Shown piece by piece: positions 36,029-49,815 of a stretch of 64,000 bases of DNA. The notes under the pieces were generated by a model, which worked only from the letters and a program-made list of their open reading frames with translations, ran no database searches and had not been told where the DNA came from. The stretch covers positions 1,160,827 to 1,224,826 of the forward strand of contig BDGG01000006.1 of the NCBI GenBank assembly GCA_001949185.1, written 5' to 3'. The DNA comes from Ramazzottius varieornatus (Eukaryota; Animalia; Tardigrada). Numbering within the stretch: the stretch's first letter is position 1; every line of letters starts with the position of its first letter. Both the position numbers and the translations under genes were made by a program.

Positions 36029-36958
36029 TGTAATCAGCCATGGTGCGACTGCCTTCTCCAACACTCCGACCACCGTTGTGTTGCTCGGGTGAATCTCGCT
36101 AGGTACCGTGGACGTCGCTGCATCCGAATCTGCGTGGCCGAAACAAAATGATCAGAGAACGACGAAAAGATTAGTGTGGGATGATAGAGGAAGGAGCATT
36201 TTATGCCGCAGACAGAAAGTGAAATAGAATCGAACTTCCAGAATGTTTGCCTTTGTGCTGGTGGAACTCGTGGCATGTCTACGCTGACGTCACTGCGAAC
36301 TGGCCTATTACACTCTGATTCGCCAAACCCAGTGCGCTACCCAATCAAAGTCTGCAACACCGCCTTAGGCTCCACCTATCCACTTGGAGAATATGACTGT
36401 GGAAGTGGAATCGAACCTGACTTCCGCCTTTACGTTACACCATTTGACTCGTCTCTCAGTTTCCTTCCAGCTTGTAAAGCCTCACGCATGAAACACTTCT
36501 CTTCAGATGTCGAAAATAAACAAAGAGTTAGAAAATTACAGAACGTTAAATCGAGAAAATATCAGTTGGAACTTGGAAGGTTCAAACACTTGGACCCTAT
36601 GTCTTCCACACGGGATTAAGTTTGCTCATGCTGAGTGTGGTCAGCTGTTTAGTTATACAGTCGAAGCTCCGCCCCGATCAGTCAATGTATTATCAACAAT
36701 CAATCTAACCTCAACGGTGAAGCGAGCTGAAATAAAAGTTATAAAAGTGGAAATAAAACTCAGTTGTATTTCGGAGCTGTATTTCCGCTTTCCCTCGCTA
36801 GAAAATGTCTGCACCATGGCTTTCCTTCTTGAACGTCCTGTTTCGGATATTTCATAGAGCGTACCTCCAATTTCAGAAGGATTTCAAGAGGAGACCAGGA
36901 CCGTATTTCGAACTCGCCGGAAAACTTGTCGACATTGGCCTGCAGCTCCGTGCACTTC

Positions 36959-38826
36959 ATGCAGACCACTAGTTTCCGTAGATCCCGGATCGTCGCTCTG
37001 CTTGGGACACTGCTGGCAGGAATGCTGACTCTCTCTCTCTATTGGACGTCCTCTGAACTGCATGCCAAAGACAAAAATCAGAAGGGTAAAGCGCGACCGC
37101 CGGTGCAATTCCCGTTTGGTATGTCATCAGTAGAAAAATAAAAAGGAGTTGTACATGGGATTCGAACCCCTGCTTCCCGTTCAACTCGATATTGAATATG
37201 CAAATGTGGTGGCCCTGTGGTTACTAAGCCGTCTTTGAAACCATGCGGCCTGGGTTCGATCCACCGAGAGGCAGCATTTTGGCTTTTCTTGATCTTGTGT
37301 TTTCGGTTTGGCTTGTTCATAAAAATTTCGCTTTGTCATTTTGCAGGAACGGATGATTCTATAAGGAAAGTACATAGCATTCTTCTCTGGGACAGCTTCT
37401 CCGATTTTCGGCTGGAAGATGGAACCGGGATGTTTACGCGTTTCAAGTGCCCGCAAAAGCATTGTACGATGACAAGAAATCGCTCTGTTCTGGCAGACAG
37501 CCCCGTAGTGCTTTTCCACATGCGTGAGACGACCAGTCCTGACCAACTTCCTGTACGTGGGAATACCCAGCAGAGATGGGTCTTTGCCATGAAGGAGCCT
37601 CCGGTGTACTCCGAGTTTGACGCACAGTCTTTTAACGGCCTCTTCGACTGGACCATGACATACCGTCCCGATTCCGATATCCCTTGGCCGTATGGATCCT
37701 TCTACCTCTTCTCCAAACTCAAAAGCACACTGCCAGATTACCATAAAATAAAGACAGAGAGCCAGAAAAGCCAGACCATCCCGTAAGATTATGCTGATAA
37801 AAGATGAGACAGAATATCGTCAAAACTTTCCAAAATTGAAAATTCCCGCAAAACAATAGTTTGTTTACGTCTGGTGAGCCGTAAGGGATATGTTCATATT
37901 AGGCCGTAAGGGCGTGCTTTTTTGGTTAGACAAACGGCTGGTTAGCACGGGATTGCTTGCCAAGTTGCGTGTTGGTTTTGGTAAGCCGTGCCCCGTACTG
38001 ACGTGGCGAGATGGGCCTGCCATCGCTATGTCACGTGCAGCTCGCCATACTGGAAGTTGTTTGCACTGGCCGCACTGCTTTGTTTCATCCAGCCTGTCCA
38101 GGCATTCTTTCACGCAACTTTTGGTTTTTTTTTTGCAGAGATGACGGCACGGAACCCAGAAGACAGAAAAGCGTGACCTGGATTGTCAGTCGGTGCAAAT
38201 CAGGTTCGAAGCGCGAGGACTTTGTAGCCGAACTGCAAAAGTACATTGATGTGGACGTGTATGGCCGCTGTGGACCTCTGCGATGCACGCGTGGGAACGG
38301 CAGCGATTCGTGTCAGGCTCGAATCAAAGATTATCACTTCTATCTGGCGTTCGAGAACTCCTTCTGTCCTGATTATGTCACGGAGAAGCTGTACAAGGTA
38401 CTCGCCATGGAAGACCGTCCGCCCATACCCGTCGTCCTAGGTTAGTCGTGCTTTCCTTATCGTTAGAAGTGTGGTTTTTGCACCGTTGTTTGGACTGGGT
38501 GATGATGATGGGGTTCTTTTCCAGGTGGCGCGGACTACAGTAAACTGGCACCTCCACATTCCGTCATCAACGCACGGGACTTCCCGGATCCTCAGACCTT
38601 GGCGAACTACCTATCTGAGCTGACAGAAGACAAAGAAAAGTACAATGAATATCACGAATGGAGAAGGAAGTACAGGATCTCAATATGGGGAACTCCGTCC
38701 GCCATCTGTAAAATTTGTTCTAAAGCACACGAACCGAGTCGTGTTGTTTCTGGGGTCCTTGAGCCCGATGAAATTCCTCGAGTAGATTTGACTACCTTTT
38801 GGAGTAAAGAATCGTGCCGTGGCTAG
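36959..38826 (+). CDS. Alpha-1,3-fucosyltransferase (glycosyltransferase family 10), type II membrane protein
   Basis: Exons approx 36959-37085, 37348-37782, 38139-38441, 38525-38826. N-terminal TM IVALLGTLLAGMLTLSLYW; motifs FDWTMTYRPDSDIPWPYG, WIVSRC, VDVYGRCG, YHFYLAFENSFCPDYVTEKL, PVVLG|GADY. Confidence 0.93.
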
Positions 38827-39034
38827 ATTTCCTTTGTTTTTGTTTACTTATAAAAAGCCGAATGTTACATTATACAGCAAGTAATACTGTTGAGCTTGGC
38901 ACGATGAATCCAAGTGGATAAGAATGGGCAGATGAAAAACGTTTCAATGTCAGGTAGCCTTGAAGTATGATAAAAAAGGTAACTGAGCAAAATTTTAATC
39001 ATCGAAAAGTCAAACGATTTCGAAGAAAGCGGTA

Positions 39035-42000
39035 CTAAACGAATGTGGGTCCACGTCCGAGAGAGGGAGTTGTGGTATTAGCCGTCGCTACCGATAGATA
39101 GGATCTCTTGTGCTGCTCCTGCCGTAGAAGTTCGCTCTGTCCTTCTCTCGGAAGCGGCCAGTCGGGCTGAGTAAGCTTAGCCAGTCTTGCATTGTACAGG
39201 TGCGCCATTTGGGGGAACTGTGTCGACCCACTGGCCGGTATGGACAAGTTGGGCGAATGCGAAGCCACGGAGTTGTACAGGTTCTGCGCGCCCTCCATAT
39301 TCTCCGAATAGACGCTGGTCGATGGTTGTCCGCCCTTCATTATGCTCGTTCCATGGTAAGACTCACTACAAAAAACAATCGTCATGTTAAGCCTGGTCAT
39401 CTTCGTAGAACAGACAGAGATTAAATCGTATATCGGCAAATGAATCAGTACGATCTCCCCAGTCGCGCACAGTCTCAGTATTAGTGACTGGAAGTGTGCG
39501 CCACATAAGATCGTTCTCTCAGATGGCGCGCGTCATCAATATAACTGGCCGAAAGCGTGCGCAACTTGGGAAAACAGTCATGTCTAACGCATTTGTTGAC
39601 GTCCTGAATATTTTTCGGAATGGTTACCTGGTAGGAATCACCAGGTTGATGGGTCGAGTCTTGGTCGAACTGGCCAACAACCGTTTGGCCGTTGCGCAGA
39701 AGTATCCAGCAGCGACCAGGCCGTAGATGGACTGCATGAGTATTCGAACGAAGTACAGCGGAACGTGTGTGGTTCGTCGGGTGACGCCATGATCGTCGCC
39801 GGCGCTGAAGTCTGTGAGAAGACATCCGATGACAGTGAGAGTGGAGGGAAGATAGAGGACACACAGGATGAAGAGGCGTTCATCTTGTTGAGACTGTGCG
39901 GCAATGGGTGGTGGGACCATGACGGGCTTGGTGGAGGCCAGTTTGTGTTTGGCCAGGAGGATGGAGCGGCGTTTACGGAGTGCAGCGAACCCGAAAACCA
40001 GGACGAAGAAGCCGGTGGTCGTGATGGTGATAATGGGGACGAGGACGATTAGGAAGAGGTTACTCGAGTTCTGCTGGCCCACGAAGCACAAGGCTGTTAG
40101 TTCATCTGCAACATGAGCATACAGTTATTCCACACCAGTTTTCTGTAAAAATTCAAGTTCAAATTCCATTTTCATAAGGCAAATACGTATGTAAAACAGC
40201 TCTAGGTTCTGTCAGTTATTCTGAGGAATTGCAACGTTTTCTACTGATTTGGTGTAACATTTCTTTGATCACAATTTTCTCCAGTCTTGTCGTAGAAATT
40301 ATCAAGTCGCTCTTGAGCTAGAGCTTTTTTCTTACCCTCCATAATACATACCTGAGTCGACGAATTTCAAAGCGACAGCCAGCGCCACCATCAAAGCCGG
40401 GATCAACCATGCGAAGATATGGCATCGTTTCAGCAACCCATTAATTTGCTGCTTTTTGCCACCCTGGACCGCCGAGCAAAACCATGTGAAGGTCAGCGTC
40501 AGCCACCAGCAGTTTGCAGCCAGTCCAAAGTAATACAACAAGAAGAAGACCGCCAGACATCCAGGTTGCGGGACATCCCCTCCACTGGCCAGTACATAGG
40601 CCTTGCCCTCTTCGGTTCTACCACACCCAACACTCCATCCAACGGCCAGCCTAACTACATACCCTATACCAACCATAACGAGACATCCCAGCACGAAGAA
40701 CAGCGGCTTCTCTTGCTGAGTCGTCCTTCGACCCTGGAAGACGAAGCGAATAGCCACGATGATGGCGGCCAAAAAGGTGAGACCGCTGATGACGCCGTGG
40801 AAGATCTCCGCGTACAGCTTCTCTTCGGAAGTGGAGATGTAGGAGGCGCCGCAAGAGAGGACGCAGCGCTGAGTGGCGTTGAGGAAGACGAAGGCATGGT
40901 CGGGACCAGGGCATATCGCGGGTGGGAGTGGAAGTGGTGCTTTGGGTGAGGCAGAGGGCGCCACGGTGGGCTCGGGCTGTAGAGGGGAGACGGTTTCTCG
41001 ACCCGGTCCCGGCATGCACATGGCGGTGTCGGAGTTTCGTTCGGGAAAGTTATCGCAGGCCAAGACGGTGGGCCAGGGGTAGGAGAACTGGTTGAGGACG
41101 GGAACGCACTTGTCACGGACTTCTTCACAGAGTGGTCTTCAAGTCGAAAACATTTCATTAAATTCTAATTTTTTTTAGCAGACAGGCGGTATGAAATTCA
41201 GGAACTCAAAATAAATCCTGTTACAAGAAGCCTTTACAATTCCGAAAAGATCTTCAGTTGTAACGCGTCGATATTTTTCGTATGGAAACTGGAGAGAAAA
41301 GGTGGAAAATCCATTTTCATCTGCTCGATTTTCTTCTGGTTTTTTGAAGCTGTGCTACCTTAACACCCTGAATACCAAGCTTTTTGTGTCGGCAGATTAT
41401 CAGTGTACTTACAGTGAGCACAGAATTTTAACTGGAGGATAAGGGAAGGCGTAACCCAAATTAACCAATAGACAACTTGAGAATTTTGAAATTGTGGAGA
41501 TTAGCAGGCCGTAAAGGCCAACTTGGGAAAAGTAGCCCTGGCCGTTTTGATTTTTTTCTGGACGCACCGATGACACTAAGTTTGTCCCAGGCCCAATATC
41601 GGCAGAGGAAACTCTCCTCAGTGTTTCATTTTTTCCTAAACAGATGGTAGCTATGTATCTCGAGCAAAGACATGGAACGTAAAATACCCCCGAAACTGCC
41701 CGAAATCGCAAGGATTTTTCCAGTCTGCAGAAGTTGTACTGATCAGTGGTCATCGGCTGCGTTTCGGTGATAAGACCGCAGACCAGGCAAAGAGAAAAAG
41801 TTTGATTCGAACCGGGGAAAATGGAAATTATGGGGAGCGAAAAAGTGCCGTATTGTACTCACAATGAGTACGGTGATAATCAGGGTGTCAGTACAATGGA
41901 AGCAGAAAAGTAAACTTGGAATTCGGGTCTCTTTCCTCAACGAACCAGAAATTATATAGGGTTGGAAGGATGGCCTTATATATCTTACCGGCAAGGTGGG

Positions 42001-42383
42001 ACAGTGACGATTTCGGTCGGTGAAATCCTTGCGCACATGGGCAAGTACACCGAGCAGATGAAGAATTCCGCCAGTTCGGAGCATCTTGTCCTAATCAGCT
42101 GGTCAAAGCTCCTGATGGACCCGATCGCCTCGGTGACATCTTGCTGACCCACAAGATTGGGCATGGTGGTGTAATTGTACGGAATATGCAAGCATAACTC
42201 GCGGGCTGCATCGATGGGTTGACATGTTTGTGGCGATGAGGGATTCCAGTCGATGAGGTTGTCGGACGCCACGACCAAGGACGAAGCAGGGGCCGGAACC
42301 AAGGCTAAAGATACAACCGGACAGTGGTGGACGTTGATGGTCAGCCATACCAGGACAATGGTGACAAGTGTCGATGGAGGCAT
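39035..42383 (-). CDS. Frizzled-family 7TM Wnt receptor (Fzd4-like CRD), divergent
   Basis: Signal peptide; CRD CQPI..LCLHIPYNYTTMPNLVG..RCSELAEFFICSVYLPMC..VPPCR|PLCEEVRDKCVPVLNQFSYPWPTVLACDNFP..MCMPGP. TM3 GCLAVFFLLYYFGLAANCWWLTLTFTWF, TM4 HIFAWLIPA, ELTALCFVG, C-terminal PDZ-type TFV. Exons approx 42383-41990, 41136-40352, 40106-39628, 39365-39035. Confidence 0.92.
39451..39577. repeat. Two palindromic repeat family units (Frizzled intron)
   Basis: GATCTCCCCAGTCGCGCAC...GTGCGCCAC and GATCGTTCTCTCAGATGGCGCGCG...CGTGCGCAACTTGGGAAAAC. Confidence 0.8.
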
Positions 42384-42757
42384 CACCCTTGAAGATGGGC
42401 GGAAACGGCTTTTTAATCCATTGAAAAGTCCACAATTTCCACTTAACCAGCCAGCCTGCATAATTTCACACCACACATAAGTTATCCATTATACGCGATT
42501 GACACTTTGATGTCTATGACCATTTGAAAACAACCGAAAAACTTTCAAACCAAACCACGCCCAAAAATATTACCATCAACGTAGTTTCCTAGTTTAAAAC
42601 AATTTAATTATTCAGCATTTTTCGAGTCTGTGAGAATGCTAAAGAAGAGTTCATCGCGTCACATGCGACGTTTTTCTACAGATTATTCGCCCGGAAATTT
42701 GGCAAATTTGTGCCGGAGCCTTGTGAAAGGTCTGCAAATAAATTCAGCCACATCGTC

Positions 42758-42818
42758 ATCCCAGGTGGCGCATGTTCTAATAGTTATTAGCTGGAAGTCT
42801 GCGCCACTTGGAACAACG
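42758..42818. repeat. Palindromic repeat family unit upstream of Frizzled
   Basis: CCAGGTGGCGCA...TGCGCCACTTGG. Confidence 0.75.
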
Positions 42819-45800
42819 GTGTGGTTCAAACATTTGCTCAGGTTCCAAAATTATCGTGAATCATTGTATTATTGATACTTACCATTTTAGGAGTTTTCAA
42901 TGGACAGTCGGACCACAAGGCGGTTTTATGGGTGAAGCGGCAGGTCTCCTTGTTGTTTGGGGTGTTTCTTTTAATGGCTATTTCCTGGTGCTTTGTGGTA
43001 TCTTTAGTGGCATTTAGTGGTACTGGAGACAAAGGCAGCAAAGTATGGCAATTAGCGTTGAGGACGATTTATGAGGTGGAAATGGAGGACAGCGCGGAAG
43101 GGCTCGGACAGCAGGCCAAGTGCAACGAAATGGCTCGTAAAGAAAAGTATCTCCAAGGAAGGCAGGAAGAAAGAAAGCAGAGTGGCGATGAATATGATCA
43201 AGATGGCAATAACAGTCTTAGAGCTGCAACCTGACCAGCCAACACCTCACTTTTCACGGACCATTATCATGCCCATAACAATTATCCTAAAAGAACACAT
43301 GCAATGGAGATGCACAAGCCCATCCAATCACATAAATCACACTTCAAGCATCCAAAAACAGCGTCCGTACAATTCCTGCAAAACGAGAGAATTTCAACAG
43401 TTGAAATAGTCGCACAAAAATGGCCAAATTTCACCGTCATGTCAAAATTGTCAGTCAACTTCAGAACTTACTTCCAAAGACCCGAAAGAATTCATATCGC
43501 AAGCTTACTCTCAACTTTTTACAAATGCGAAATAGCCTACCTTTTTCAACGCGGAAAGGTTTCCGCATCAGAAGGAACGTGCTGATAAAATTTGACCAAA
43601 GGAATATTCTGAGCGGATCACTCGCAGAAGATCGGAATTTGTTTTGGATGAGGCTGCTAACGCAAAAATGGTCGAAGACAACAGCGGAATACTATACAGA
43701 GGCTCGTATCTTAGCCGTGAAGAAGAAAAGCGCGATAATGGATTGGCTTGGAGAAAGGTACAGCGGTGGAGCTCTCTAGGCCATCAGCAGATGCGGCGAC
43801 ATGCCCATCTATTCTTCTCCTCAAATCTTTTCCACAAGGCGGAAGACGAAAAGCGGCGCGTAAGCTGATGATGAATTCTCCCTTGATGTGTGTATGCGAT
43901 GCGAAGGAGCTGAAAGACAGGACAAAAGCTGACGCGTCAAAGGCCAAACGCTGGTCTTTCTCTCGATGGATCAGGCCCTGCTGTGCATGCTGAAAGGCTG
44001 AGAAGGCTTGAATGCGCCAGAGAATGCAGAGCTGTCAAAGGCAAGATTGATCATCCAAGCGATGCTTGATATCTGCCGGACACTGGCTGGGATAGAGCCT
44101 CATGGCGACGATGATGCAGCGATTGATGTGTGGCACATGAGACCGGAGAGGAAAGAAGGAAAAAGTCAAAAGGGCGACCGTTGCGAAAGTGCCCCGATTA
44201 CTCCACAGGGAAAAACACTGGACGCTGGCCCTCCCACTGGACGCATAATGACTTTAATCATGAAGGAAGAAAGATGAAACCGGCCAGAGATAATGAGAAA
44301 ATGGAGTCGTATCCACAACAGTCTTCCGCTAAAAATTCATCAGTATCACGACACAGATCATCGAGCTAGGCGAGTCTCTGGCGGAGTCTACAAAACTGAC
44401 CTTCGAAAGAAGAGTACACATTCGTATAGTACGCTGTAATGGATAGGGAAACTGCGCGAAGATTTTGGGAAGGATTAATGTGTGCGAAGAGGTGTCACTG
44501 TATGTAGGTCTGTGGCGCAGAAGCGCGACAGGATGTAAAACCGTGGTTATCGTGTCAAGTCGGGGCTGTCGGGCGAAGTGAAGCGCGGCGGGCGGATTAC
44601 TGGGCTATATTGTGGCAGCGAAGAGAAGGAGAAATGGGGGCTTTTGATCCGGCATAGTTTTGCAATGGTGATATGCGAAGAAGAGAATATTTGAGCTCTT
44701 TATCAGCGAGCTTGTATCAGCACATGCGCGACTGCTGATATGCCGTGCCCTTCCTCAATATTCCCCATCAGTATCGGCCTATTCTAGCCTTTCATGGCTG
44801 GTCTATTCGACATTCTTCATACGCTTATCATCATGCCTCTGCTTTTCAACAAGATAAAACACGTGTGCATACACTACGTGTCTGCAGTGGTCCAAATCAA
44901 AAGCCACACATCCGCGGCCACAATTACTTTGTACCGGGGTAAACATATCACAAAACAACCAAACTAGACAGCCACCAGCGTCGGGTTTTGAGAGTCCGCC
45001 ACTGCGTTCAATATAGGTTCTTTACGTTCCAAATCGTCTTCTACTTAAACTCACCACGAAGAAAAAGTTCGGAGCAGTAAAAAGTTTGGAACAAGCGGTT
45101 CCGAAACTGCGGCACGGATGTAAGTACGTACGTGTGCAATTCACACCAATGCTCTTTCTGGCATTTTTCTACGGTTAAATTCCCATCTTGCCATTTTTTC
45201 CGTCTGATCCAAAGTTTCTACTGTTCCAAACTTTCCATTCGTGCATGTGCTATCAAAGAACGACGGTCACTTCATGAGCAAAAATATTGTAGGAAGTTGA
45301 CAATGTCTCGGCGTTGAAGTTTGTGAAGTCGTGCTCAAGTCTTCAAGATATTTGACTTGCGCAAAGAAAACGGTGTGTCGTTCAGGGATGGTTCAAATTT
45401 TTTGTTGGTATGTCGACGCCCAGTGCACCTTTATTTTCTTCTCAAAGGTTTATGGCGTGATACCGAAGTGGTCGCCTCTGTAGGGATACTTTTCTGCCAT
45501 CCGTAACGATCTTTCTCCACGATATGCATAATTTCCTCGACGCTCGAGTAAGCCTGTGTCGACAGCACTAAAACACCCTGTGGCCAGCTTCCTTGCCTGA
45601 ACACTCTCAACTTCCGACCTTATCGTTCCGAAGACAGGTTCCTGTCTGTCGGGGCACTTCAAACTAATTAAACTGTTAGGCTGGCCATTTCACAGGCTGA
45701 TAAGGATCAATCAGTTTGGGAATTCATCCCTCCAACTTGCTTCCATCATCAGGTGGTCAACTGTTCTGCATGTCTGGGCGCAATTTTCTCAATTGAAACT

Positions 45801-47038
45801 GACACTGCAAAATGAAGAGAGTGGTATACAAAGCGTGTTGAGAGTCGACCAGATGGTCATGCCTGATTAACCGTCATGTGTGATATTTTAGACCGAACCA
45901 GAACTAGAAGGAAGAAGTTCAATATCCAGTACACGTTGACGGAGCGAAACGCGACAACCAGATCGAATGGAATTGCTACCAAGAATCCGCTCGCTCAACT
46001 ACCAAAGTTCTTGAGGGAAGCTTCGGACGGAACCACCGTATAAATAGCTACTACGGTCTTTGGTAGACGGAAGCCAAGTTCCCCCATGGACGGCATTCAT
46101 GATCCAAGAAGGAGGACGGGTTCTGAAAGTTTTTTAACATCGACTCCTCAAACCCTAAAACCGCAGGTTTGGGATTCTGATTGGTTTGTGGAATGTGAAA
46201 AGCCGCAGGACGGTTAATGAGACTGTTTGCCAGCTGTCGCCGGGCAAAAGCAATTTAGCCAATATGGATTAACGCCTAAGCTGCTGGAGAATTAAAAGCC
46301 GGAATTGTTTAAGCGTGGGCTGGACAAAGAAACAAATGGAGGGACAATATGGTCCGCCTAGGGGAAAAGTAATGGAGACTGTAGGTCCGCGAGCATTATC
46401 GCATTGTGCTGCCCACGATCAAAATAATTGCTATTGCATCTGGCTGATTTATTCCGCGCTGAATATAAAGAATTAGGAAGGAAATCTTTGGCTACCGGAA
46501 AATCCGGTTTAGGGGCTTATCGTTCGTTCGCAGCTTCTAAGAAGGTATGTCGGCGTCCCTTTGAAGATATCATACGAAACGTGGATGCATAATTGGTCAT
46601 CTTTTCTCTGATAGGTGCACTTCGGACGAACGCACATCTAACATATCGCCAAGACGTAGTTCACTGTTCAGATCAACCTTATCAGCGACCGGAGGCGGCA
46701 GGAGGTATATTAAAAAGGTCCACAACTTGGCCTTTTTCCTACGCAAGTTTCCATCGAAGAGCGGTCAGGGCCGTGCCGGGCATGGGTCTGACTTGGAGCT
46801 TCGAAGAAAAAGGGCTAACTTGTGGGCCTTTCTAATACCTCCAACCGCCTCTGTCGATATCCATGAAGTTCTTTTGAGTAAAAAAGACCCCACCGAAATT
46901 CATGCTAGCATTCGTACACCGATTCATCCGTCGTACACCCAAAAGTTTAAAACGATTATGATGATGCAACGATCATGGAGCGTAAACAACATCCGACTTG
47001 TTTTCTGTCGGTCTAAGCACATTGTTTTTGTAAATCAG

Positions 47039-47222
47039 TACACGCAGGACGAGAAATTATGGTACAGTAAAAATTATGGTACAGGGGGAAAGAACGGCAA
47101 AATGGAAATTCGACCGTAGAAAAGTGTCGGAAAATGTGTTATTATGAATCGGTCGCATACGTACGTCCTCCCGTAGCGCCGTAACGAAAAGGCCTGTACC
47201 ATAATTTCTCGTCCTGCGTGTA
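47039..47222. mobile_element. MITE with perfect TIRs and TA target duplication; truncated relatives at ~48163-48215 and ~50984-51085
   Basis: TA-CACGCAGGACGAGAAATTATGGTACAG ... CTGTACCATAATTTCTCGTCCTGCGTG-TA. Confidence 0.88.
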
Positions 47223-48519
47223 CTAAAAGTACCGGTCGCCATCCTGATACAGCCCAAGAAGATCAGCACACTACGTACTTGTCATTGTTGACAGTCGAAC
47301 CCCTGTTGCCACAAGCCTTTTTCACATTAAAATAAACTAATGTTTCTGTGGCTAAACTTCGGCCAACCGTCGGCTTCCCAGTGAAGCTAAGGGTTTTGCG
47401 AGGTAAACCCGAGGTGCTGATGCCGCACCAGCACAAACCATAAAAAAATCCAGATGGTTCTGTGATTTCCCCCGACGGGGAGGCGGAGCTGAATTAAACT
47501 TGGTTTTTGACTGCGATCGGGCTGTTTTGGCTGCCTGTTAACTTTCGTGAAATTTTGTTTTGGAAATTCTGTTATTCCAAACTTTCGATTTTCTCCGATA
47601 TTTTGTTTATCTCGTCCATTCTGCTCCGTAAGCCATCCCTTGTTGGTCATTCGTGACACAAAGTGCCTTTGGAAGGGAGTTCGGGAGTCGGAAGACGGAC
47701 GGAGAAGCACGGAGTTAGCGAAGACCAGTTTACGCAGCTGATGCAATCGCCGCAAGTTGAGCGGAAAACCTGATGGTCACTGCACCTATTTTGAAGGTAT
47801 CGTAGACTTCTTGATATTGCTCTTCATGCTAGAAAAGATCGCGAAGCCTCGCGATCATTTACTTTTGAGTTGATAGCGACGGTTTTGATGGCTGTGGCAT
47901 CAGGGAACTACTGTCGTTCAGGTCCCTACCGTCGTACCATTCCTTCGGCGCCACTTGACGATATTGACCTTCTTGTCCGTAAAAACGTGGTCATGGGAGA
48001 AACTTTCTCGTTTAGCTCAGAAGGAATTTCGTCGCAGCTACAATAGGCGTGCAGCAGACTACCGTGGGAGAGCGTATGCCTTTAGATGGCGGCCCAGCAG
48101 ACGGTCTTCTGTGTCAGGGTCATGGGAGGTCTCGGCTGACCATAATAGCCATCACCAGAAAGGTACACGCACGATGGGTAATTATGGGACAGGCGGAAAG
48201 GACGGCAAGATGGAAACCCCTACCTGGTATTCTATGACTGGAAAAGTAGGTACGGAGGGAAGAAGTCCAAGTCCAAATTTTTATGATCTCGACGACATTA
48301 CCAGTGATCAGCACTCAAACGACCCAAACTGTACTCTTACCCAGTTCTCGCATGGGTTTTCTAAAAATTTGAATGCTCAGAGTATCGAACAGCTGCACAT
48401 GCTCTCAAAAGTAATAGATCAAATTTTACGCGCCAAATTAGATTGAAAGTTCAGTTACATGTTTTGGAGTGTGAGAATAGACGTTGAAATCTACATTGCT
48501 GTATTTTCTGTATACAGTC

Positions 48520-48717
48520 TTAAGTGTCCTTCCACCAGTTATCAGCCAAAGGCACGCCCATCACCTTAGCGCAGTACTCGTTTCCATCGAAGGTCCATTG
48601 CCCATCCTCATCCACTTGCGCGGTTTCTTTCAGGGGAATTCGCTCGACAATATTGCCGTTTTTATCAACACAGAAATGGTTGCCAGAAGAGCTTTGTTGG
48701 TAGACCCTAAAAGTCAT
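48520..48717 (-). pseudogene. C-terminal fragment of an unknown small protein, paralogous to 49816-50284
   Basis: VYQQSSSGNHFCVDKNGNIVERI...FDGNEYCAKVMGVPLADNWW aligns with VYQQNFSGDSFYTDKRSNIVKRV...FNGNKYCAKLLGVPYSDDWY. Confidence 0.6.
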
Positions 48718-48918
48718 TAATATTACTGATTTACTGTGTATCTGGAGTATTACAAGTCGATGGAATAATATCTGATTTCCCTGTGTAACTACAGGCTAGG
48801 CTATTTTTGGTCTGAGCTGAATTCGGGCCTCGTGTGCCGAGCAAAATAGTCAAAGGTTATCACTGCTCATTAGCAACCGGTATACGTCAGCATGACGACC
48901 GGTTTCAATGCCGGCAGG

Positions 48919-49127
48919 TAGCGCTGGCAACGATACGGTATACCGATGTCGTATCGAGATATATCGAATCTTTGCGATAAAATATGCGGCGGATATCGTA
49001 TCTAAAAAATATCGATATGAAGCTCGAATCGAATAACGCAATAAAATATTCGGCGATATCGTATCGCGCCATATCGATATATTATCGATATGTCGGTATT
49101 TTGCTGAATGGCAAACTCGCCAGTGAT
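48919..49127. mobile_element. Degenerate CGATAT-rich palindromic element (possible hAT-type MITE)
   Basis: Starts TAGCGCTGGCAACGATAC, dense ATCG/CGAT motifs, weak matching end CGCCAGTGATA; no TSD. Confidence 0.4.
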
Positions 49128-49815
49128 ATCTCGTTTACGGAAGACCATGGTTGATTTCAAAGACTTGATTTTGGCCATGGTGTACCGGGCACACTCCGTC
49201 CATTCGGTTCTGGCACTAATTCTGTCCAGGTTGCCATGTGTTTGAACTCTTGGTATAGTCATATCTGTGCTGCAACCGACGCTTTCGATCTTACTAACAC
49301 TTATGTGGAAATTGGCTTCTTAAGTTTTTGGGCTTGAACCAGTGGAATTCCGAAAATGTGAAACTCTCGCAATGAATTCTCGCAATGTGAAGCACTGTGC
49401 AGACCGAGATCAGCTGAGAAATGAAAATTTGAAATTCTGAGTCAAACGTGCAGAAAGTAATCCGTTTTCGCTTTCAAGACGAGCTATCGTACTCGAGGGC
49501 TGCTTATCTTGAAAGCGAGACTTCGTAATCCACGCTCAAGATCAACACAATCAAAGGAGTTTTACGGCCTGTCGTGAGAAGGACTAATGCTCCTGGGATC
49601 CGAATAAATCAATAGTTCCACAGTTATAATGCCGCAAACTCTCGCAGTGACGTACTTCATTCGGAACGCGCGAGAATCTGATTATTGCTGGAGAAAAAGA
49701 CAACAGGAAAAAAGGGGTTCAGATGAGCTTACGAAGGACCAACAGCTGAGACAGACTGTACAGCACAGATGAGAGAAAACTTCTCAACGAGTTGAACTGT
49801 ATGTGACGCTCGATA

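Noticed and set aside
37205-37270. tRNA gene
   Set aside because: A/B-box-like motifs are present but no consistent acceptor or anticodon stems; kept only as a low-interest finding.
42872-43409. Plus-strand ORFs with a hydrophobic stretch upstream of Frizzled
   Set aside because: No recognisable domain or convincing splice structure; cannot be supported.
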